NCBI GenBank assembly: GCA_038061225.1
Contig: JBBTZT010000003.1
Location: 257,515-321,514 of the forward strand
DNA: 64,000 nt
Direction: 5' to 3'
Source: Patescibacteria group bacterium
GTDB taxonomy: Bacteria; Patescibacteriota; Microgenomatia; UBA8517
This document shows, in pieces, positions 56,727 through 64,000 of this stretch. Every line of letters starts with the position of its first letter. Positions within the stretch are counted from its first letter, which is position 1. A program made the position numbers and the translations under genes. The notes beneath the pieces were generated by a model, which worked only from the letters and a program-made list of their open reading frames with translations, was not told the DNA's origin and did no database searches.

Positions 56727-59549
56727 ATGAACGATTATATTAAAGTTTCTGGTGCCCGTCAGCATAATTTAAAAAATGTTAATTTGAATATTCCCAAAAA
56801 TAAATTAACTGTTTTAACAGGTGTTTCCGGTAGTGGCAAAAGTTCATTTGCTTTTGACACACTATATGCAGAAGGTCAAAGAAGATATGTAGAAAGTCTG
56901 TCAACTTATGCAAGACAATTTTTAGGTATTATGGAAAAACCTGATGTTGATTCAATCACAGGTTTATCTCCCGCAATTTCAATAGATCAAAAAACAACTT
57001 CAAAAAATCCAAGATCAACCGTTGGGACAGTAACTGAAATATATGATTATTTAAGACTTCTTTTTGCCAGAGTCGGTCATCCCCATTGTCCAATTTGCGG
57101 AACTGAAATATCAATACAAACCTTAGAAGAAATAGTAAACAAAATTATGTTACTTAAGGGTAGATTTTATATACTTGCCCCAGTTGTAAAAGATAGAAAA
57201 GGAGAATTTAATGCACTTTTTGATAACCTAATATCAAAAGGGTATGCAAGAATAAGAATTGACGGTGTATATAAAGAATTACATGATGATTTTGCTTTAA
57301 TAAATGAACAAGCTTCGCTTATAAAAACTAATAAACACATGATTGATGTGGTAATAGACAAATTTACTATAGATACCTTAAAGGGTCAGACCCTTAAAGG
57401 TAGGTTGTTTGATTCTGTATCTCAAGCCTTAAAACTTGCTGATGGTTATGTAATATTGTCTGAGATCAAGGACGCCTCATTCGTGATCCCTGATTATCCA
57501 AAGGAATATGTGGATCATCTTTTTTCTGAGAAGTTTTCTTGTCCAAATGATAATATTAGTCTCCCAGAAGTAGAGCCTCGCAGTTTTTCTTTTAACTCAC
57601 CCCATGGAGCATGCCCGTCTTGTACAGGGTTGGGTAAATTATTAAAAGTAGTTCCAGAACTTATTTTTTCAGAAGGTTTATCAATTATGGAAGGTGCTAT
57701 TTTGCCATTTTCATCAATGTTTGAAAGAGAGACGTGGTATTCACAAAAAATATTAAAACTGTGTCAAGAAAATAATATCAATATACATATTCCATTTAAT
57801 AATTTATCTATTGAATCCAAAAAAATATTACAAAATAATGTAGTTCACACAATTGAATATCGGTACAAAAAAACTGAGTCAGAATATGTAAAAACAGAAT
57901 TTGAAAAATATATGAGAGAAAAAGTTTGTGAATCTTGTAATGGATTAAGACTTAAAAAAGAAAGTTTGGCTATAACAATAAATAGTGAATCAATATCAAA
58001 AGTTACCAGTAATTCGGTTAAAACAATGATTTCTTGGGCTAGTAAATTAGAACAAACTTTAAACAAAAGAGAAATTTCTATTGCAAAACTTATAATAAAT
58101 GAGATTTTAGGAAGATTGAATTTCCTAAAATCTGTAGGCCTTGAATATTTAACTCTGGACAGAGTTGCAGGAACACTTTCAGGTGGTGAGGCTCAAAGAA
58201 TAAGACTAGCTAGTCAAATAGGATCAGGATTAACTGGAGTTTTATATGTTTTAGATGAACCAACCATTGGACTTCATCAAAAAGATAATCAAAAATTAAT
58301 AGATACACTAAAACACTTAAGAGATTTAGGAAATACTGTAGTAGTTGTAGAGCATGATCAAGAAATGATGAAGGAAAGTGATTTTTTGGCTGATTTTGGT
58401 CCTGGAGCAGGAAAACAAGGTGGTCAACTTGTAGCTTGTGGCACACCAAAGCAAGTTATGAATAACCCAAAATCAATTACTGGACAATATTTAAGTGGGA
58501 GAAAAAAAATTTCCAATTTTCAATTTTCAATTTTTAATCAATTTTCAAATCACAATTTAACAATTTATGGAGCAAAGCAATTTAATTTAAAAAATATAAA
58601 CGTAGAATTTCCACTCGGAAAATTAATTTGTATTACAGGTGTTTCAGGTAGTGGTAAATCAACACTTCTGGTTGAAACTGTCTATCCTGCATTACAACAA
58701 GAATTTAATAATTTTTACAAGGGTGATGTCGGGGCTCATTCTAGAATAGAAGGTATTCATAATAGCTTCGGTGTTTCCATCGTAGACAAAGTAATTTTAA
58801 TTGATCAATCTCCAATAGGTAGAACCCCTAGAAGCAATCCTGCAACATATACTGGCTTATTTGATCCAGTCAGAGATGTTTTTGCTTTAACCAGAGAAGC
58901 AAAAATTCAAGGATACAAAAAAGGGCAATTTTCATTTAATTTAAAAGGGGGAAGATGTGAAGTCTGTGAAGGACAAGGACAAAGCAAAATTGAAATGCAA
59001 TTTATGCCTGATATTTGGATAAATTGTGAAGTTTGTCAAGGCAAACGATATAATTCTCAAACTTTAGAAGTTCTTTATAAAGGTAAAAATATTTCTGATA
59101 TTTTAGACTTAACAATTAATGAAGCGCTAGATTTCTTTAACTCACACCCTAAAATATATGAAAAACTTGACACCCTGCAAAGCGTGGGCTTAGGTTATAT
59201 GCAACTAGGTCAACCTGCCACACAACTTTCAGGAGGAGAGGCTCAAAGAGTAAAACTAGCTACAGAATTATCAAAAAAACAAACAGCTAAAACTTTCTAT
59301 ATCTTAGATGAACCTACAACAGGACTTCATTTTGCAGATATTGAAAAATTATTAAAAGTATTAAGACTTTTGGTTTCAAAAGGAAATACTGTTTGTGTTA
59401 TTGAACATAATTTGGATGTAATTAAAAATTCTGATTGGATAATTGATTTGGGGCCAAAAGGTGGGGATGAAGGCGGAGAAGTAATTGCAGTAGGAACTCC
59501 AAAAGATATCAAAAATAACAAAAATTCAGTTACAGGAAGATATCTTTAA
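56727..59549 (+). CDS. uvrA: Excinuclease ABC subunit A
   Basis: GARQHNLKN, two GVSGSGKS Walker A motifs, two LSGGEAQR signatures, zinc fingers; ATG 56727 preferred over 56706 (which overlaps the uppP start). Confidence 0.96.
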   Translation: MNDYIKVSGARQHNLKNVNLNIPKNKLTVLTGVSGSGKSSFAFDTLYAEGQRRYVESLSTYARQFLGIMEKPDVDSITGLSPAISIDQKTTSKNPRSTVGTVTEIYDYLRLLFARVGHPHCPICGTEISIQTLEEIVNKIMLLKGRFYILAPVVKDRKGEFNALFDNLISKGYARIRIDGVYKELHDDFALINEQASLIKTNKHMIDVVIDKFTIDTLKGQTLKGRLFDSVSQALKLADGYVILSEIKDASFVIPDYPKEYVDHLFSEKFSCPNDNISLPEVEPRSFSFNSPHGACPSCTGLGKLLKVVPELIFSEGLSIMEGAILPFSSMFERETWYSQKILKLCQENNINIHIPFNNLSIESKKILQNNVVHTIEYRYKKTESEYVKTEFEKYMREKVCESCNGLRLKKESLAITINSESISKVTSNSVKTMISWASKLEQTLNKREISIAKLIINEILGRLNFLKSVGLEYLTLDRVAGTLSGGEAQRIRLASQIGSGLTGVLYVLDEPTIGLHQKDNQKLIDTLKHLRDLGNTVVVVEHDQEMMKESDFLADFGPGAGKQGGQLVACGTPKQVMNNPKSITGQYLSGRKKISNFQFSIFNQFSNHNLTIYGAKQFNLKNINVEFPLGKLICITGVSGSGKSTLLVETVYPALQQEFNNFYKGDVGAHSRIEGIHNSFGVSIVDKVILIDQSPIGRTPRSNPATYTGLFDPVRDVFALTREAKIQGYKKGQFSFNLKGGRCEVCEGQGQSKIEMQFMPDIWINCEVCQGKRYNSQTLEVLYKGKNISDILDLTINEALDFFNSHPKIYEKLDTLQSVGLGYMQLGQPATQLSGGEAQRVKLATELSKKQTAKTFYILDEPTTGLHFADIEKLLKVLRLLVSKGNTVCVIEHNLDVIKNSDWIIDLGPKGGDEGGEVIAVGTPKDIKNNKNSVTGRYL

Positions 59550-59580
59550 TTCCAATTTATTATGCTGTTATACTTATACC

Positions 59581-61407
59581 ATGAATCGATTTAATATATT
59601 CTTTATTTCTTTATTTTTACTTTTTTTTAGTACCTTTAGCTCTGTAAAGGCTGCCAATGAATTTAACACTGATTTTGATGTAACTTATAGAGTTAAAGAA
59701 AGTGGTATTACTGAAGTTAACAACAAAATAACTCTAACTAATGTATTTAGCAATTTATATGCAACCTCCTATTCAATAGTACTTGATAATATAAATCCAA
59801 CAAATATAAAAGCATATGATGAAAAGGGGCCACTGGAAATTATTAAAAATGTTTCTGACAAAACAATTTCATTACAAGTAAAATTTATAAATCCCGTTGT
59901 AGGAAAAGATAAATCAAGGGTTTTTTGGGTTAGTTTTGAAGAAGCCTCATTTGCCATTAGAACAGGTGAAGTATGGGAAGTTTCAATTCCAAGACTGTCT
60001 GAAGATGCTAAGTTTGCAAGCTATTATATAAGTCTTGAAGTACCCGAGAGTTTTGGTCAAGAAGCATATATCTCACCAACTCCAAGAGATACTTTTAAAT
60101 TAGACGGTCTACTAAAATATAAATTTAATAAGGAAGATGTACAAAAAACTGGTATAACTGCAGGATTTGGTCAATTCCAAGTTTTTAGTTTTAATTTAAA
60201 TTATCATTTAGAGAACCCATTGAGCAAAGATTCAATAACCGAAATAACACTTCCCCCTGATACAGCTTTTCAAAAAGTCTACTATTCTAATTTAAATCCG
60301 AGACCAACTGACATGAGCGTTGATAGTGATGGAAATTGGATTGGACAATTTAATTTAAAACCAAGAGAAAGAATAGATGTAACAGCTAGTGGTTATGTAC
60401 AAATCTTTGCAAGCCAACGACCATATCCAAGACCAACACAAGATACATTAAATGAAAACCTGCTTGAACAAACATATTGGGAAACAAAAAATCCAATTAT
60501 TATAGACGAGGCAAAGAATCTTAAAACTGCAAAGGGAATATATGATTTTGTTTCTACTAAATTAAAATATGATTATGAAAGAGTTAAACCAAACGTCGAG
60601 AGATTAGGAGCTGTAAATGCTTTAAACAACCCTAATTCTGCTATTTGTATGGAGTTTACTGATTTGTTTATCGCGCTTGCGCGTGCTGCTGGAATACCAG
60701 CTCGTGAAGTAAATGGTTTTGCCTATACAGAAAATCCAAAAATTCAACCATTATCTCTTGTTAATGATGTTTTACATGCATGGCCTGAATACTATGATTA
60801 CGAAAAAGGTGTGTGGATTCCTGTTGATCCTACTTGGGCATCAACCACAGGAGGTGTTGATTATTTTAATAAACTCGACCTTAGACATTTTACTTTTGTA
60901 ATACATGGAAAAAGTTCTACTCTACCATATCCGGCAGGATCATATAAATTAGGATCAAACCCACAAAAAGATGTTTTTGTATCTTTTGGATCATTACCAA
61001 CAGAAAGGATCTCAAGAATAACAATTAAGGTAAATCTTTCAAAATGGATACCTCTCGTTGCCAACAAGTTAGATATAGCAATAAGTAACTCTGGACCTAG
61101 CGCAATTTATAATATTGTGCCAAAAGTCTATTTTGATGGAGTAGATATTAAATCAAATAATTCCTTTGATATATTAATGCCTTTTCAAACATATAAAACG
61201 TATATTGATATTCCATTTTCATTTTTAGCTACAAAAACCCCAGAAAAAGTTAGAATAATAATCGAGGGAGAAGAAGTAGTGGTTAATACAAATAAAACTC
61301 ATGTTATTATTTATAATCTCCTTTTTATATTTGCCGTTTCAATTATTGTATTATTAACAATACTTATTAAATTAAAGAAATGGAAATTTCCAAAGCTAAA
61401 TTTTTAA
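59581..61407 (+). CDS. Secreted/membrane-anchored transglutaminase-like protein
   Basis: Signal peptide; AICMEFTDLFIALARAAGIPAR, HAWPEYY, WIPVDPTW triad; C-terminal TM. Confidence 0.88.
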   Translation: MNRFNIFFISLFLLFFSTFSSVKAANEFNTDFDVTYRVKESGITEVNNKITLTNVFSNLYATSYSIVLDNINPTNIKAYDEKGPLEIIKNVSDKTISLQVKFINPVVGKDKSRVFWVSFEEASFAIRTGEVWEVSIPRLSEDAKFASYYISLEVPESFGQEAYISPTPRDTFKLDGLLKYKFNKEDVQKTGITAGFGQFQVFSFNLNYHLENPLSKDSITEITLPPDTAFQKVYYSNLNPRPTDMSVDSDGNWIGQFNLKPRERIDVTASGYVQIFASQRPYPRPTQDTLNENLLEQTYWETKNPIIIDEAKNLKTAKGIYDFVSTKLKYDYERVKPNVERLGAVNALNNPNSAICMEFTDLFIALARAAGIPAREVNGFAYTENPKIQPLSLVNDVLHAWPEYYDYEKGVWIPVDPTWASTTGGVDYFNKLDLRHFTFVIHGKSSTLPYPAGSYKLGSNPQKDVFVSFGSLPTERISRITIKVNLSKWIPLVANKLDIAISNSGPSAIYNIVPKVYFDGVDIKSNNSFDILMPFQTYKTYIDIPFSFLATKTPEKVRIIIEGEEVVVNTNKTHVIIYNLLFIFAVSIIVLLTILIKLKKWKFPKLNF

Positions 61408-62630
61408 AAATACCACAAAGCGCTGGAGTTTACACCTTTTGGAAAAGTGAAATTCCCATCTATATAGGTAAATCAGTAAACCTCAAGTCACGCCTTAATA
61501 GTTATCTTTCGCTTGATCTTGGAATAAAAACAGCACAGATGGTGAATGAAGCTAACTCTGTTACATATATTCAAGTAACTTCTGACTTGGAGGCATTGTT
61601 ACTTGAATCATCGCTTATAAAGCGATATAAACCAAAATACAATATAGTTTTAAAAGATGATAAACACGCTTTATATATTGTTATAACTAAAGAGGAGTTT
61701 CCAAGAGTACTTACATCTCGTAAAACTGGTGATTACGGTCCTTTTCCAAATAGCACCAATGTTAAAACAATTTTAAAAATATTAAGAAAAATTTTTCCTT
61801 ACTCTGACCACAAATTAGGTAAAAAACCATGTTTTTATAGCTATCTAGGATTATGTAATCCTTGTCCAAACACAGGATTAAATAGAACTATATATTTAAA
61901 AAACATTAAAAATATTAAACTTGTGCTTTCTAGAAAGTTTAATGTTGTTAGAAAAAACTTAGAAAAAGAAATGAAAAATTTATCAAAATTGGAAAAATAC
62001 GAAGAAGCAAAAATAGTCAGAGACAAAATACGATCACTCGATTATATTACTCAACAAAAAATAGACACGCAACAATTTTTAGAAAATCCAAATTTAGTAG
62101 AAGACATTAGAAATTTGGAAATCGAAAATTTAAAAACAAAATTAAATGAAAATTGTAAATTGCAAATTGTAAATTTACAGCGTATTGAGTGTTATGATAT
62201 TTCTCATTTGTCAGGAGCTGGCGCGACAGCTTCAATGGTTGTCTTAATTAATGGAGAAAAAGAAAATAGTGAATATAGACATTTTAAAGTTAATCAAAAA
62301 AATGGTCAGAGTGATTATGACTCAATGCGGGAAATTGCAAGGCGTCGCGTCAAAACAACTTGGAATAGACCAGATTTAATAATTGTCGATGGGGGATTGG
62401 GACAAGTCAAGATTTTTGATGAAGAATTTAGGAAATTAAAAGAATTTAGTAAATTTAATATTTTAGTCGTTGGTATAGCCAAAAATCCAGATAGATTAGT
62501 ATTTTCAGATGGAACTAAAATGAAGTTGCAAGGTGAGACCTTGCAACTTGTTAGTAGAATTCGAGATGAAGCTCACAGGTTTGCAAGAAGATATCATCAT
62601 TTACTTTTATCGAAAAGTTTACTACACTAA
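61380..62630 (+). CDS. uvrC: Excinuclease ABC subunit C (compact, lacks C-terminal HhH)
   Basis: GIY-YIG (GVY...IYIGKS..L.SRL), RIECYDISH, PDLIIVDGG.GQ, RDEAHRFA. Confidence 0.9.
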   Translation: MEISKAKFLKIPQSAGVYTFWKSEIPIYIGKSVNLKSRLNSYLSLDLGIKTAQMVNEANSVTYIQVTSDLEALLLESSLIKRYKPKYNIVLKDDKHALYIVITKEEFPRVLTSRKTGDYGPFPNSTNVKTILKILRKIFPYSDHKLGKKPCFYSYLGLCNPCPNTGLNRTIYLKNIKNIKLVLSRKFNVVRKNLEKEMKNLSKLEKYEEAKIVRDKIRSLDYITQQKIDTQQFLENPNLVEDIRNLEIENLKTKLNENCKLQIVNLQRIECYDISHLSGAGATASMVVLINGEKENSEYRHFKVNQKNGQSDYDSMREIARRRVKTTWNRPDLIIVDGGLGQVKIFDEEFRKLKEFSKFNILVVGIAKNPDRLVFSDGTKMKLQGETLQLVSRIRDEAHRFARRYHHLLLSKSLLH

Positions 62631-62637
62631 ATATTAT

Positions 62638-63039
62638 ATGAAACGAATTTTAAGACATTTTGTAATTGATTCTGTTTCTATATTTTTAGTTTCTTCAATT
62701 GCCTCAGGCATGATTTTTGATAGAGGAATAGAAACACTTCTAATGACTGGTTTAGGATTAACGATAGCCTCTTTAATTGCAAAACCTGTTATTAATATAT
62801 TACTTTTACCCGTTAATTTAATTACTTTTGGTCTTTTTCGTTGGGTTTCAGCAGTAGCTGTTTTATATATTGTTACTTTAGTCGTGCCTGGATTTCATAT
62901 AATTAATTTTAATTATGCAGGGTATAGCAATCTTTGGTTTGATCTTCCTGCTATTGCATTTAGCGGTTTCTTGGCCTATCTTGCCTTTTCATTTTTACAC
63001 TCTATTATCTCATCCTTCATTTACTGGCTAGTTAAGTAG
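62638..63039 (+). CDS. 4-TM membrane protein (YvlD / phage holin superfamily IV-like)
   Basis: KPVINILLLPVNLITFGLF motif; ATG at 62638. Confidence 0.8.
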   Translation: MKRILRHFVIDSVSIFLVSSIASGMIFDRGIETLLMTGLGLTIASLIAKPVINILLLPVNLITFGLFRWVSAVAVLYIVTLVVPGFHIINFNYAGYSNLWFDLPAIAFSGFLAYLAFSFLHSIISSFIYWLVK

Positions 63040-63060
63040 CTAATCTGATATAATTAACTA

Positions 63061-63267
63061 ATGAAAGAAATAGTACAAGTAACTCAATCATTAAGTGCAA
63101 TATTATTAATAATATTTGTTCTTCTTCAGGTGAGAGGCGCTGGTTTTTCTAGAAGCTCAAATTCTTCTAGTTTTACAAGACGTGGAATAGAAAAATTAGT
63201 ATTTAGATTAACCTTTGTGGTTACTGCGTTATTTTTGGCAATGTCAGCCTTATCGTTATTTCTTTAA
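63061..63267 (+). CDS. secG: Preprotein translocase subunit SecG
   Basis: VLLQVRGAG...TRRGIEK...T; two TMs. Confidence 0.88.
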   Translation: MKEIVQVTQSLSAILLIIFVLLQVRGAGFSRSSNSSSFTRRGIEKLVFRLTFVVTALFLAMSALSLFL

Positions 63268-63277
63268 ATATCAAAAT

Positions 63278-64000
63278 ATGTCACTTCGATATATATATAG
63301 ATTAATACAAGCCTTTGTTAAAAGGTTTAAAGCAATTATATTTTTAGGTGTTATTTTGGGTATTATTTCGTTTTTATTTTTAACATTTCTATTACCAGAT
63401 ATAGTTTCTACTAAAATCAAAATTGGAATTGTTGGTAGATATACAGTAGATAAACTTCCTGAGGTGATATCAGCTAAAATTTCTGGTGGTTTAACTAAAA
63501 TTGATGAAAGTGGCAATGTTATTCCAAACATTGCCAGATCATGGGAAACATTAGATGGGGGTAAAACTTGGATTTTCAATTTAGATCAAAACATAGTTTG
63601 GCAAGATGGTAAAACAATAACTAGTAATGAAATAAACTATGAATTTAACGATGCAGTTATAGAAAAACCAACTACTGACCAAATTAAATTTATTCTTGAT
63701 AGTCAATTTTCTGCTTTTCCTATTATTCTAACTAAACCATTATATAAAAAGGGTTTACTCGGAGTTGGTGAGTATAAAGTCAAAAACATATCTCTAACAG
63801 GTGGCTACGTCCAAAATATTACTCTGATAAACAATAAAAAAGATAAATTAATATATAAATTTTATCCAACAGAAGATAGGTTGATTCTTGGTTTTAAGTT
63901 AGGAGAAATTGATGTAATTGATAAATTACAAGACATCAGTAAATTTGAAAATTGGGACAAAATTAAAATTGATCAAGATATTGGCTGGAATAATTTTGTA
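63278..64000 (+). CDS. ABC transporter peptide-binding protein (OppA-like), runs off window end
   Basis: N-terminal TM, then GLTKIDESGNVIPNIARSWETLDGGKTWIF.L....WQDG (SBP family 5). Confidence 0.8.
   Translation, partial: MSLRYIYRLIQAFVKRFKAIIFLGVILGIISFLFLTFLLPDIVSTKIKIGIVGRYTVDKLPEVISAKISGGLTKIDESGNVIPNIARSWETLDGGKTWIFNLDQNIVWQDGKTITSNEINYEFNDAVIEKPTTDQIKFILDSQFSAFPIILTKPLYKKGLLGVGEYKVKNISLTGGYVQNITLINNKKDKLIYKFYPTEDRLILGFKLGEIDVIDKLQDISKFENWDKIKIDQDIGWNNFV

Noticed and set aside
62638-63039. Prophage suggested by holin-like, metallopeptidase and Xis-like genes
   Set aside because: These families are routinely chromosomal; no capsid, terminase, portal or integrase genes are present
1-64000. 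Alternative genetic code (TGA=Gly, as in Gracilibacteria/Absconditabacteria)
   Set aside because: Conserved genes are full length under code 11 and several end at TGA with ATGA coupling

Overview
AT-rich, gene-dense chromosomal segment (standard genetic code, TGA = stop). Gene set and organisation point to a Patescibacteria/CPR bacterium, most likely Microgenomates (inference). The backbone carries ileS, rodA, rplU, rpmA, parB, lepB, guaB, polX, lemA-htpX, gatCAB, dnaE, rplS, ruvC, ppsA-eno-gpmI, lexA/uvrB/uppP/uvrA/uvrC, secG, four tRNAs (Val-CAC, Thr-CGT, Gly-CCC, Asp-GTC) and a glycosyltransferase/flippase cluster. Accessory DNA includes an Eco47II-like type II R-M pair, a frameshifted rhuM, hicBA, and an ~10 kb GC-richer, integrase-less defence island abutting tRNA-Gly (HTH, PLD-SNF2 helicase, type IIG-like adenine MTase, HDR-type PLD protein, OLD-like ATPase-TOPRIM, membrane protein, truncated protease). 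Signals below gene level: (i) many unrelated degenerate 7-nt tandem repeats and (ii) small hairpin families inserted in frame in loops of core proteins, (iii) a TAnnnT -10 box 6 nt before many ATGs (leaderless mRNAs), (iv) a TTCGG-N6-TTCG/GG direct repeat in the lexA and rhuM promoters, and (v) a tRNA-Gly-derived mini-element. All calls come from reading the sequence and recalled motifs; no searches were run.
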